A stretch of DNA of 64,000 nt, from contig OZ244587.1 in assembly GCA_965218095.1 (NCBI GenBank), positions 512,001 to 576,000 on the forward strand, read 5' to 3'. The notes under the pieces are model-generated. The model ran no database searches. It was not told the origin of the DNA and worked only from the letters and a program-made list of their open reading frames with translations. Source of the stretch: Candidatus Poribacteria bacterium (GTDB lineage: Bacteria > Poribacteria > WGA-4E > PCPOR2b). Below are positions 43,700 through 54,442 of this stretch, one piece after another (position 1 is the stretch's first letter; each line of letters opens with the position of its first letter). The translations under genes were made by a program, and so were the position numbers.

Positions 43700-44523
43700 T
43701 AGGTTCTGTTGACATTTCAAGGGAGCCATATAAGAGTGGAGATAAAGCTGAGAAATCCAAAATAACGGACAGCTAGCTTCTCAAACCGAGAGAAGATACG
43801 ACGATACCATTTTATCTTGTTGATGAAATATTCAACCTGATGTCTCTCTTTGTATAAGTGTTTGTCATACGTTCTTTGGTCAACACGATGACTTTTGGGC
43901 GGTATCACCGCAATCGCTCCACTCGCCTTGATAACCGCGATAAAAGCGTCCGAATCGTACCCCTTGTCTCCAATCACATATTCACTGTTATATCCGATTA
44001 TCAACCCTTCCGCCTCAGTTATGTCATGTCTCTGACCGGGGGTCAGATGAGTTCTTAGGGGATTGCCTAGTCCGTCAACTGTGATGTGAATTTTTGTACT
44101 GAAACCGCCCCGAGACCGACCTAATGCTTGGTTTTCAGTCCCACCGTTTTTTTTAAGGCGCCCGCCGCACACGGGTGAGCGCGGCAGATTGTACTGTCAA
44201 CAATAAGCGACTCGATATCGGGGTCAGAGGCGAAGTGGGGGTGCATCTGTGTGAAGATACCTTTGTCACACCATCGAGCAAACCGCTTGTAGCGGGTGTT
44301 CCATTTGCCATAGGTGTCTGGTAGAAGTCTCCATTGAGCCCCACTACGAGTCACCCACAGAACTGCTTCGACGAAGCGGCGTGTAGCAGCTTCGTCGCCA
44401 ACATAGATGGTGGGACAGCTTAGAAGAAACCGGTATATCTTATTCCATTGTTCATCAGGTAAGGTTATTGGCATCATTCTTCTATTATGCCACAACCTTA
44501 TACTCAAATGTCAACAGAACCTA
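43700..44523 (-). mobile_element. IS5-family (IS427-group-like) element, two ORFs with A8 slippery site
   Basis: IRs TAGGTTCTGTTGACATTT / AAATGTCAACAGAACCTA; ORFs 44121..44507 and 43717..44172; GRSRGGFSTKIH, GDKGYD. Confidence 0.9.
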
Positions 44524-44593
44524 GCACCAAAGGTTATTCTAATTTTTATTGTGGCTTTCGTGTAATTGTGATACAATAGTTTCATTATTAGTA

Positions 44594-45534
44594 ACCCAAG
44601 TTGCTAGTAATTGAAAATCCATGGGTTTTCCATTAAAGTAGAGGTAATCCAAACCATAATACCTCAAAGGAGAAACCCATGGACATCCAAATTGCAACCA
44701 TTTTCTATCTCTGTGACAAGCTCTTAGAAGCACTCAACTCAAAACCACACCCACAAACGCAGATGTCTGATGCCGAAGTGATGACCACCGGCATCGTCGC
44801 TGCGTTGTTCTTCGGGGCAAACTTGCAAACCACTTGTGACTTTCTAAAGACTCATGGCTATATACCCAAGATGCTTTCAAAAAGTCGATTCAACCGACGA
44901 CTTCATCGAATTAAACCGATGTTCACCACATTGTTCAAAATCTTGGGACGAAGCTATGTGCAACTTAATCAACAGAAAATCTATGCACTGGATACCATAC
45001 CAATTGCTGTTTGTTCCGCATTCGTCGGTCAAAAATCTACACCGATAAGGCATATCGAGGCTATCAAGCGTCCAAACGTCGGTATTTCTATGGCTTGAAA
45101 GTTCATCTGCTAGTGACTGCGAGTCGACACCCTGTTGAATTTTTTGTGACCCCAGCCAGTACAGGGGACGTTGAAGGGTTACAGTGGTTTGACTTCGACT
45201 TGCCACCGGGCTATGGTGACAAAGCATACAATAATTATGAGATAGAAGATATTGTTACATCAGTCGGAGTCGAATTAAAGCCAGTACGCAAGAAGAATTC
45301 CAAGCGGCTGTATCCACCATGGGAGACCTACTTGGCTAATTACCATCGTAAGTCTGTTGAGACGGCTGGCAGTTTGATTAACAAACTGCTTCCACGTTCA
45401 ATCCATGCAGTAACGCAACACGGATTTGAATTGAAAGTGGTCTTGTTTGTATTGGCTAGCAGTATCAATCAGCTCTGAGTTCACTCACATATTCAGTTCA
45501 CTCACATATTCGATGAATAGGTCGCAACTTGGGT
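44594..45534 (+). mobile_element. IS982-family element with frameshifted transposase
   Basis: IRs ACCCAAGTTGC / GCAACTTGGGT; 8-bp TSD TATTAGTA; SRFNRR, YFYGLKVH, GDKAY. Confidence 0.9.
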
Positions 45535-45650
45535 TATTAGTAAGACTTACGCACTTCAGATAGTAGTTGCCCGACTCATGGGACATCAGGCGCCGGTCTC
45601 GTTCGCCCGATACTCCATCGGGACTGACGAGACCGAGCACCCACAATTCT

Positions 45651-45678
45651 GTAGGGAACGCAGATCTGCGTTCACTAC
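45651..45678. repeat. GTAG-type REP palindrome
   Basis: GTAGGGAACGCAGATCTGCGTTCACTAC. Confidence 0.6.
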
Positions 45679-45726
45679 GAAACCGTGAATCCACGATGTT
45701 GTAAGGATTAGAATAACGCAAGTTGC

Positions 45727-46514
45727 TAGGTTCTGTTGACATTTCATCATAACCAGATAATCGCAGCAACGAAACTCAGAAACCCCAAATAGCGACCCGC
45801 CAACTTATCAAAACAACTGAAGATACGCCTATAGTGCTTGATTTTGTTGATGAAGCATTCCACCCGATGTCTCTCTCGGTACAGATGCGTATCATAGTCT
45901 CGTGACTCACGGCGGTTGATACGGGGACGAATCACTGGCTTTGCACCCATACGGGTTATCAACTGCACCAATGAATCCGCGTCATACGCTGAGTCGGCTA
46001 TCACATACTCACTGCTATACCCTTCTGCACAAGTCATGGCGTGGCGTTGTCTAGCCGTCAGCGCAAAACGTAATGGATTGCCTAAGCCATCAACCGTGAT
46101 GTGAATTTTGGTTGAAAATCCACCCACACTACGTCCGAGTGCCTGTGAGGCTTGACCGCCACTTGTCTTCAAAGCCCCTGCAGCACAGGGGTGAGCGCGG
46201 CAGATGGTACTGTCACCATATCTGGGTCGTTGACAAAGTGTTGATGCAGCCGTTGGAAGATGCCTTTATCGCACCAGCGAGCGAATCGTTTATAGACGCT
46301 GTTCCAACTGCCGTACTCTTTTGGTAGGAGTCGCCATTGACTACCACTACGAGTTATCCAAAGCACTGCTTGGACAAAACGTTTTAAGTTCGCTTGTTGT
46401 CCGGTGTAGACATCGGAATAGGTTTGCAGGAATGCTGCTATTTTTGACCATTGATTATCGGATAAGGTAAGTGTTGACATATCGTTATTATGCCATAAAT
46501 GTCAACACGTCCTA
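45727..46514 (-). mobile_element. Second, diverged and degraded IS5/IS427-group element
   Basis: Left IR TAGGTTCTGTTGACATTT, right AAATGTCAACACGTCCTA; ORFs 46169..46480 and 45747..46172 with small deletions. Confidence 0.85.
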
Positions 46515-46587
46515 ACATTAGTCATACGTTTCAAGATTGACCCCGGCGCCAAAACGACAGGTTTGGCATGGGTCGAAAGGAATGAAA

Positions 46588-47787
46588 ATGAGCATATATC
46601 AATCACCGTCGGTGGCGGATTCTGAGCCGATCTCTAAGTCTTACCGCGCCCCGGCCTTTGCTGACGCTAAGCCCAAGCTTGCGGCGCCCGGAGCCACGCC
46701 AGAACGGTTGGCCCACTTGAAGGAGCATGGTTTTGTTATCATCACCGACTTTGTCGGCAATCCGTGGATTCCCATTCTCCGGGAGGCGGGCCGCCGCGTT
46801 ACGGAGGCGTGCGCACCCGAGCAGGACTACAGCAAGATCGACTGCTCGAAGGGCTACGTGCACCGCGCGGGCGGCGATGAGCCGTGGGCAATCCGGGGCC
46901 TCATCCATCCCGCTTTCGGGGAGCCCAGCTTTGCCGAGTTCCACGGTTCTCCAGATTTCCTAAACTTCGTCCGCGCTTGGTGTCACAGGCTCGAGCCTGA
47001 GGACCTGACGATGGGTAACCTGCTACTGTGGTGCAATCCCCGGCATTACGAGAATAAGCTCGGTTGGCACCGAGACGTGACGTGGTGGGGCACCGGGAAG
47101 AGCTACTTCGCGCAGCAGGAGGTCCGAGGGGAGGGCCCTGAGGCGTATTCCGAGGAAGTTGAAAGGATCCGCTGGAAAGAAATCCGCGAAAATAATGCGA
47201 AGTCTCTCACGGAGCGGAACGGCGTGAGCATGTTCTTGGCACTCACCAACGACGAATGCCACGAGCTCGTGCCGGGTAGCCACGATCGGTGGCGCACGCC
47301 GTTTGAGCATGACGTGCTCCTGCCGAAAGCGATGAAGGACCAAGGTGTACCGTACACACCGAGTTGGAACGGCGAGGACCCGTTGCCAAACCAGGTCGCG
47401 ATCCGGCTCAAGGCTGGGGAAGCCCTCATCCGCAATGGCGCCACGATTCACACGGGGCACACCGTCCCCGAGCGCGAGCGCAACACGTTGTCAATCGGTT
47501 GGTCAAAGTGGTCAGGCGAGTTCACTGGGGAGCCGTCGGTAGCGGACGTGAGACACGCGTGGCAACTGGATCCCGCTGTGCGCGAAGCTTTGCCACACGA
47601 GTGGATGAAGACAGCGTGGGACCGTTGGACGGAAACACAGAAGCTGGGAGATACGCTCGAGGACCGGTACACGGGGTTTGACATCAAGTACATCAAAGCA
47701 GGGGAGGTCGTCGGTTGGCGCGGTGAGTTGGAGCGTCAAGCTGCGGCGGCAGGCGACGCTTGGGAACCCTTCCAAACCGCGGTATGA
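46588..47787 (+). CDS. PhyH-like dioxygenase
   Basis: LKEHGFVII, WHRD, LVPGSH, TIHTG; start uncertain (46582/46588). Confidence 0.75.
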   Translation: MSIYQSPSVADSEPISKSYRAPAFADAKPKLAAPGATPERLAHLKEHGFVIITDFVGNPWIPILREAGRRVTEACAPEQDYSKIDCSKGYVHRAGGDEPWAIRGLIHPAFGEPSFAEFHGSPDFLNFVRAWCHRLEPEDLTMGNLLLWCNPRHYENKLGWHRDVTWWGTGKSYFAQQEVRGEGPEAYSEEVERIRWKEIRENNAKSLTERNGVSMFLALTNDECHELVPGSHDRWRTPFEHDVLLPKAMKDQGVPYTPSWNGEDPLPNQVAIRLKAGEALIRNGATIHTGHTVPERERNTLSIGWSKWSGEFTGEPSVADVRHAWQLDPAVREALPHEWMKTAWDRWTETQKLGDTLEDRYTGFDIKYIKAGEVVGWRGELERQAAAAGDAWEPFQTAV

Positions 47788-48099
47788 AGGTCGGCTACTC
47801 ACTGAACCGTAGGCGTAATTCCCACTGACCATAAACCCACCTGCCCGTGTGTAAGGACATCATGGTAACAACGCCCGAAGAACTGGCCCGTCAACGCAAT
47901 CAGGTCGGCACGGTGCTCCGTTCCGCCCAACAAGAAGGGAAGACACTCTATGGACACGACTGATCGGTTCGCACGGAAATCTCTACGTCAGCGAAGTTAT
48001 TCCGGAACGGCGGTTTCAGAAGTTCGCGCGAGTTTAATTATTGACTATACTTTCTGACTTTTGCCACACTTTCTAAAGGGTGGAAGGAGTAGCTCACGT

Positions 48100-48742
48100 A
48101 TGTCGAAAAAAAAGGTCGAAGGCATCACCAAGATAGCTGTGAGCAGCTCCAAGTCGCTCGCGGAAGAGTGCACAATCGACGACGATTCTTGCCGGAGCGA
48201 ATAGTTCCGGGAAATCGAGCATCATGCAACCGCTATTGATGCTGAAACAGACGCTGGAGGCGACGTATGACCCGGGACCGCTGTTGATTGATGGGCCGAA
48301 CGTTCAGTTTACTTTGGCAGAGCAATTTTTGTCCAAGTTAATCAGGGGAAAAGGGACAGATCGTTTTCAGATTCGGATTGAGACTCGTGAGTCTGATTTT
48401 TCTTTCTCGGTGACGACGACTTTCAGAAAGGGGCCGAGCGGAATTGAAATTGCCAAAATGAAGAGGTCAAAAAGAAAATTAGAGGCAGCCCCACTATTTC
48501 CCCCTAAGCATATTACCTTATCTCCTGAGATGCGGCCTGAAGAAATCAAGTCGCTGGCTAAGCAACGCTTGATTCCCATAGATTCTGATGTCGTGGGACG
48601 TTCACGATGTTTTTCGCGTTTTGAATCTCAAGATGGTTATATGCGCTCCAACCGTACTCCTAACCTTGAGTCCCATATTTTCAATAGTATTCACCTCCCC
48701 GGATTACGAGGCGATCCAGAGCGTAGCTACAAATTCAGTTAG
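48100..48742 (+). pseudogene. Degraded ABC/AAA-ATPase (AAA_15/21-like) N-terminus
   Basis: Upstream frame gives TILAGANSSGKSSI then MQPLLMLKQTL; frameshifted and truncated. Confidence 0.6.
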
Positions 48743-49007
48743 CAAACGGGCGTCCTTTTCAAATTCGTCTGCCTCTTTTCCGAGTGCTCACAGAATTTCA
48801 GTCGGGTATTGAATGGTTCGTGTGTCCATTTTCGTGTTCCTCCGTTAATTTGGCAATTCCACAACTGTAGAGAGCAACCATTGTTTTTAACGTTGGATAT
48901 TCATAAAAGACCTCGCCCCCAACAATTTCGCCAATAGTGAAGTGATAACGCTTTTTAGATAAAAAAATAGTAACCTAGCAAAGATCCGTTGGTTGGATAA
49001 TCGCCGG

Positions 49008-49046
49008 AAAAAGCCCGGTGAGAATTTTTCTCACCGGGCTTTTTTT
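49008..49046. terminator. Bidirectional rho-independent terminator
   Basis: AAAAA GCCCGGTGAGA atttt TCTCACCGGGC TTTTTTT. Confidence 0.85.
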
Positions 49047-49225
49047 CTGCCCATCACCCTTCCAATGTCTGTCACAAAATAGCCATAAAATCTCTGTCAA
49101 TTTGACATGAGATTCTCACAGCATCGTGACATCTAAAAGATATACTTATGCCCAGTCACTGAACACATTCGGATGAATTTGAAAAAGGAGGATTCCGACG
49201 GTTTACCCTCCACGGGTTCGGTAAT

Positions 49226-49783
49226 GTGACCAATATGACCGGCGAAGCACTCGAAGCGGAAAGTGACGCCGCCAGTGTTACCCGGTTTCTCAGTCCAGAA
49301 GATGGCGCGTGGGAGCCGATATGGACGGACTTGACCCGCCGCTCCGTGGTGGAAGTCGGTTATGTGCTGGGGCTTCAAGTTCGAGATGAAGTGAGGCAGT
49401 TGGTCAGGACGCTCCACCACAAAATCTCACAAGCGGATATCCGTCGAGCCTTTGTTGAAGTCTATTTGACGCAAGAGTTGTTGCGTCCGACACAAACGAT
49501 GTTGTTCGCCAACTATCCGAATCCATTCAACCCTGAGACGTGGTTGCCCTATCAGTTGGCTGAGAGCTCGGACGTTCGAATCCGTATTTACGATGCGACG
49601 GGACGTTTAGTCCGCGGCTTGGACCTCGGGTTCCAGACCGAAGGATATTATCTGGACAAATCCCGCTCCGCCTATTGGAATGGTCGGAATGACCTCGGTG
49701 AGCAGATGGCAAGCGGCGTCTACTTCTACCAACTTATTGCAGGTGACTACATTGCGAACCGCAAGCTGGTTATCCTAAAATAG
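49226..49783 (+). CDS. FlgD-Ig/T9SS-like C-terminal domain protein (possibly a fragment)
   Basis: LFANYPNPFNPETWLPYQL..AYWNGRNDLGEQMASGVYFY..RKLVILK. Confidence 0.7.
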   Translation: MTNMTGEALEAESDAASVTRFLSPEDGAWEPIWTDLTRRSVVEVGYVLGLQVRDEVRQLVRTLHHKISQADIRRAFVEVYLTQELLRPTQTMLFANYPNPFNPETWLPYQLAESSDVRIRIYDATGRLVRGLDLGFQTEGYYLDKSRSAYWNGRNDLGEQMASGVYFYQLIAGDYIANRKLVILK

Positions 49784-49800
49784 AACTCAGATATGGTGAA

Positions 49801-50748
49801 TCAAACGAGTGCCCTGAGTGACGCGCGCCGGATATCGTCTAGCTCCTGAGCACTGAAGACACCGGCTTGGTAGAGATTTCGATACTCTTCAGAGACGCTT
49901 TGACCGAATATCATCGGATCATCTGTATTAATAGTCACCGGTACACCATTATCAAACAGGACACGGATGGGATGAGAAGCCAGGTCTGGCACGGCATCCA
50001 ACATCACGTTGCTCGTTGGGCACACATTCAACTGAATCTGATTCTCGGAGAGCCACCGCATGACTTCGACCGATTCTGAGGCGCCAATGCCGTGTTGGAC
50101 TTCGTCCAATTCTAGGACTTCGACGGTCCGCTTTATCTCCGCCGCACCCCCAAACTCTCCAACATGTGCTTTCAGTTTCATTCCCGTAGCTTTTGCCTTC
50201 GCATACAAAGGCTTCACAGATTCGGGGGTACACGCTTCTTGACGGGAATACAGATCAATTGACTGAAACAGACCGAATTCTATCGCTTGGTGAGCCAACA
50301 TCATCAGTTTTGGATTGTCGGCACTCGTTCGGGAAAAGCCAAGCTCTGGACGCAGATCAATCTGTGTCCGATATCGGTCAACTAACGCCTCAATAAACAC
50401 CCTAAGCCCGGCTAAGCCATCTGGATAGTATGCAGTTATCCGAATGTCAAAACTCGTCTCAAACATAACAACGCCATCCTGTATTGCATCGTGCACCGCT
50501 GACGCTGCGATGAACTCAACACCTTTGCAGTCTTTTATGTGAGGGGCTAAGACCTTGGCTGCGTACTCGTGCATTCCCTCAAGTCCACTCATCTTGGAAG
50601 GAGCTCGCATCAGTGAGTATCCCAACCAGCGTTCCATATTCTCTAATCGTGTGCCGAAGTACGAATGACAGTGAACGTCTACTTTGGCTGCCCTCCTGAT
50701 AGCAGTCAGGTCATCGGTTGATAGTGCTTCCACAAAATCAATGCACAT
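49801..50748 (-). CDS. Adenosine deaminase family protein
   Basis: KVDVHCH, KAHVGEF, VQHGI, VCPTSN, INTDD. Confidence 0.9.
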   Translation of the reverse strand: MCIDFVEALSTDDLTAIRRAAKVDVHCHSYFGTRLENMERWLGYSLMRAPSKMSGLEGMHEYAAKVLAPHIKDCKGVEFIAASAVHDAIQDGVVMFETSFDIRITAYYPDGLAGLRVFIEALVDRYRTQIDLRPELGFSRTSADNPKLMMLAHQAIEFGLFQSIDLYSRQEACTPESVKPLYAKAKATGMKLKAHVGEFGGAAEIKRTVEVLELDEVQHGIGASESVEVMRWLSENQIQLNVCPTSNVMLDAVPDLASHPIRVLFDNGVPVTINTDDPMIFGQSVSEEYRNLYQAGVFSAQELDDIRRASLRALV

Positions 50749-50772
50749 TTAGTTGTCCTGTTGCTTGCATTC

Positions 50773-50916
50773 GCATAACGTTTATGTGTCTACGACGGCT
50801 TCTGTCCCGAAGGGCTGGCGCGTCATTTGCCTCTTTCTGCAAATGACGTGACAGAGGAAGCTGTGCCCGAAAGTCCGAGGGAGTGAAGCGACCGAAGCGT
50901 AGACACGGTGTTAACA
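50773..50916 (-). other. attC site (family B, 144 bp)
   Basis: GCATAACgtttatGTGTCTACG...CGTAGACACggtGTTAACA with internal hairpins (cgtcatttgc..gcaaatgacg). Confidence 0.85.
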
Positions 50917-51098
50917 GATGGCATGCGCCGGGGTGGTCAAGGGGGCGGCCCAGGACGGCCCGCGTAGGGGTGCTTTTTCTGTTTTTGACTCCAGGTTTTT
51001 TAAATAGGATACCCACCCACCGACCTATAGCAGTCAGTTTAGAAATCAGCCAGAAAAAGGGCGGGAACGCCATCACTTTCTTTGTTTTTTCACTTGCA

Positions 51099-51212
51099 GT
51101 TTAACGGCCTGAGGTTCAGCGGCGCGCGATCTCACCTGCCGAAGCCAAAAGGTGCGCCAATTAGCAACCACGTAAGCGAAGGGAGCGTGTCCGCTCCAAC
51201 CCCTTGTTCGGG
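51099..51212 (-). other. attC site (family C)
   Basis: GTTTAACggcctgaggttcagcgg...ccgctccaaccccttGTTCGGG. Confidence 0.8.
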
Positions 51213-51246
51213 GCAATGCCGTTGACTCCCAGGCAATTATCTTCCG

Positions 51247-51580
51247 TTACGTGCGCTTGCGGCAGACCACGATAATGCTTCTGCTGGTGGCGCTCAACGG
51301 CTCCAGATTCCAATCTCCATACTGCCGTGCGATGCTGAAGCCATTATAGTATAGCAGTGCTGCAAGCTCCTGCGGGAAGGTGTAGCGCAGCGCGGTGCCG
51401 GGTGACTTTGGTGTGTCCCTCCTCGCCCTTGTGCCAGCGTCGGGAGGTCGTCCAGTGGAGAATCTGAGCCACAGGGTCATATACGCGTGTTCTCGACACA
51501 CGCACTTCGCGCCCGCTAGTATCAATAAAAGAAGGCCAATCTTGTTCTTCCTCGTTCGTCTTCATCCTTCGTAGCCTCAA
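51247..51580 (-). pseudogene. C-terminal remnant of a methyltransferase, frameshifted
   Basis: YDPVAQILH and LRYTFPQELAALLYYNGF..YGDW in different frames. Confidence 0.6.
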
Positions 51581-51746
51581 TACGAATGAAGTGTTTCAGA
51601 ACTTCGACTGCATTGCTTTCGCAGATTGTCTCATATCTCATTTTGGTATTCTACCTCTCTGTTTCCTAACTTGTATTAGTCGGCTACAGGACATTGTTCT
51701 CCAAACGTTCTATGAAAGGGAGAAGTCATATCGCCTGTTGCTCAGA

Positions 51747-53213
51747 TTAGGCCGAGAACGGATCGTCCACCCAGGGGTACTTGTTCAGGTCAACCCGGGT
51801 GTAGGGAATTTCTTTAAATTGAGGGGCGACCGTCCCCGGAGCCGACATATAGATAACTTCGGCGGCAATGGGGGCAAATGCACCGTAAAAATGGTGAATG
51901 GATTTCACCACCAGCAAGCGCATTTGCGACGGGTCGATGCCGAGCTTACTGAAGACCTGGGGCGATAATACCTGGCCGCGCTTGGTGTTGACGATGATGT
52001 CAACGCCCTGGCAATGGAGCCGCACGGCGTCGCCAACCTCGACAATGAGTGATTTGTTATCGTCCTGGGGCCATTCCTGTTTCATGTCTAAATGGATGGC
52101 AGCCACTTCTACCCTGATATCCAGGGGATCCCCCGAGGTAGGCCCCATCTTGCCGCCCAGCCGCACGTCTAGGGTGGCGCCGACCCCGGACGCTTTGGCG
52201 ATGTCGACGACTATTGGATCCCACATCATGCCCAAGGCGGTCTCGGTCACCCCTCGTCGCAACAGTTCCGCGAGGACGACGGTGGAATCGCTGGGGGCGC
52301 CGCCGCCGGCGTTGTCAGCCTGATCGGCGACCACCACCGGCCAACTGTCGATGGCCAGGGCCTTATCAAGCGCCTGGTCCACGGGCAGCGAATCGAAGTT
52401 CACCTGGTGGCGCAGGGAAAAGAAGCGGCGGCCCCACTCTTCGGCGAGTCGGTCCGCCTGTTCCTGGTCGCTGTCGGTGATGGCCAGCATCTGGGTGCCG
52501 ATGGAGGGGATGTCCGCCCAGGGAAAGCCGTGGACCAGCGACAGGGAGAGGACATTGTCTTTGCCTTCCTGCGCCAGCATATCGTCCACAAAGGTGCGCA
52601 GGGGACCATAGGAGGTTGGGTACGACCCGATCATGCGACAGTCGAACAAACCCATGGTCGGATTGGTTTCTCCGGCAGCGGCGGCGGCCGTGAGTTCGAA
52701 CAGGTTGCGGGCACAGTCGGCAATGTCCGTGTGGGGAAACTCCTTGTAGAGAACGATGACATCGGCCAGCTCGGTCATCTCCTGGGTCACGTCACAGTGC
52801 AGATCCAGTAGCACCCCTATTTTGGTTTGGGCGCCGACGAGCTGGCGCACTCGCTGCAGGATGTCGGTTTCGCATTCGTCGTAGCCGTCGGCCACCATGG
52901 CTCCGTGCAGGGACAGGAGCACCATGTCGACGGGGAGGATGGTTTCGAGGGCATCCAGGAATTCATCCCGCAGGCTCTCGTACACCGAGCGCACGGTGAG
53001 TCCGGCCGGCTGGGCAAAGGCTTGTAGGCTGAATGTCAGGTCCCAGCCGCGGTCTCTGGCCATTTCCTGAAACGCGAGGATGGCGGCGGAGAAAAAGAAG
53101 TCCACCCCGCTATCCGGATCGTTTGCACGCCAGACGTCATAGTCGGCCAGTCCGGTGGGCATGGGAGAGAAGGTATTGGTTTCGGTGGCTATGCCGCCGG
53201 TGTAGATGTGCAT
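51747..53213 (-). CDS. M81 metallopeptidase (MlrC family)
   Basis: ETNTFSP, LSLHGAM, LDLHC, FPHTD, DNAGGG, VVKS..HF; likely start at 53213; visibly GC-richer than flanks. Confidence 0.9.
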   Translation of the reverse strand: MHIYTGGIATETNTFSPMPTGLADYDVWRANDPDSGVDFFFSAAILAFQEMARDRGWDLTFSLQAFAQPAGLTVRSVYESLRDEFLDALETILPVDMVLLSLHGAMVADGYDECETDILQRVRQLVGAQTKIGVLLDLHCDVTQEMTELADVIVLYKEFPHTDIADCARNLFELTAAAAAGETNPTMGLFDCRMIGSYPTSYGPLRTFVDDMLAQEGKDNVLSLSLVHGFPWADIPSIGTQMLAITDSDQEQADRLAEEWGRRFFSLRHQVNFDSLPVDQALDKALAIDSWPVVVADQADNAGGGAPSDSTVVLAELLRRGVTETALGMMWDPIVVDIAKASGVGATLDVRLGGKMGPTSGDPLDIRVEVAAIHLDMKQEWPQDDNKSLIVEVGDAVRLHCQGVDIIVNTKRGQVLSPQVFSKLGIDPSQMRLLVVKSIHHFYGAFAPIAAEVIYMSAPGTVAPQFKEIPYTRVDLNKYPWVDDPFSA

Positions 53214-53562
53214 GGGGCGCTCCTTTCTCTTCTGGGTGAATTCCAGTTTGGATATGTTCGTGGCGGTCTCGACTACCGGATCGATACTCAAGATGGCAAC
53301 CCGGGCATTGAATTTTCATGGGACGGTAGCGTTGAAATGGATCCGGCTCTGGGCCGGTGCTGGAGATGCGACGCCTTCGAGGTGCAATATAAGCCATGAT
53401 TTCGTCGAAGCGTTTTAGAGCGAATTCGCCCCCAGTTACCTCCCAAACTGCACAGGGCATGGATCAATAACAGAACAGTTGTCTGCGCAGAGCCTCAGAA
53501 CCGGTCGTGAGGATGCTACGCGATGGATTCAGGACAATTCTGATAATTCACACCCACCAGAA

Positions 53563-54396
53563 TCAAGGGTGATAAAACGGCGCATCGCCCTTGACGGTTA
53601 CACGTAGCCCGCGCCGGCGGTTGGGGTAGTAGTCCCACATGGCGTGATGCTGGGCACAGCGATTGTCCCAGAACGCCACTGAGTCCGGTTGCCACTGGAA
53701 GCGGCATTGGAACTCCGGCTGCTCGATATGCCCAAAAAGCATACTGAGCACTGCGTCGCTCTCGCGCTGCGTGAGTTGAACGATTCGCGTGGTGAAGGTA
53801 CGGTTTACGAACACCGACTTGCGCCTGCTGACCGGATGTGTGCGCACCACCGGATGCTCGGATCGCGGGTACGTTTTACCCTCATCCTTCACCGCCCCAT
53901 AGCGACCGCGATAAACGTGTTCGCCGTCATGCACCGCAGTCAACCCCTCAAGGAAGCCCTGCATCGTTGCTGACAGCGCTTCAAAGGCCGCATACATATT
54001 CGCAAACAACGTGTCGCCCCCCACCGGTGGTGTTTCGACCATGTAAAGGATCGTCCCCAGCGGCGGTTCGGGATCACAGGAAACGTCCGAGTGCCACTCC
54101 TCGCCAGCAATGCGTTTACTGTTCTCGTCCGTGTAGATTTCCATGACTTCCGGATGCCCCTCGACGAGTCTGGGCCAGGCGGGATGAATGTGCAGTTCAC
54201 CAAAATGACGGCCCAGCATCTTTTGTTGTTCCGGAGTCATCTTCTGGTCGCGAAAGAACAGCACGCAGTGGTTGGCGAGCGCAGTTGTGAGCGTCTCGAT
54301 CCTCCCTTCATTGAGCAACTGCGAAAGGTCGATACCATGTACCTCGGCACCGCAATGCGGCGTCACCTTCTTCAGTTCGAGTTCTTGTAGTTTCAT
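53563..54396 (-). CDS. TauD/TfdA-family 2-oxoglutarate dioxygenase
   Basis: WHSDVS, GGDTLF, HPVVRTHP, WDNRCAQH. Confidence 0.92.
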   Translation of the reverse strand: MKLQELELKKVTPHCGAEVHGIDLSQLLNEGRIETLTTALANHCVLFFRDQKMTPEQQKMLGRHFGELHIHPAWPRLVEGHPEVMEIYTDENSKRIAGEEWHSDVSCDPEPPLGTILYMVETPPVGGDTLFANMYAAFEALSATMQGFLEGLTAVHDGEHVYRGRYGAVKDEGKTYPRSEHPVVRTHPVSRRKSVFVNRTFTTRIVQLTQRESDAVLSMLFGHIEQPEFQCRFQWQPDSVAFWDNRCAQHHAMWDYYPNRRRGLRVTVKGDAPFYHP

Positions 54397-54442
54397 AGGA
54401 TTTCTTTCTCAATTCACTCTATGCCCCTGGTTAGGCTGCGAT

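Noticed and set aside
50738-51076. 112-aa ORF; also 56210..56494 and 39101..39412
   Set aside because: These are translations through attC palindromes, not credible proteins.
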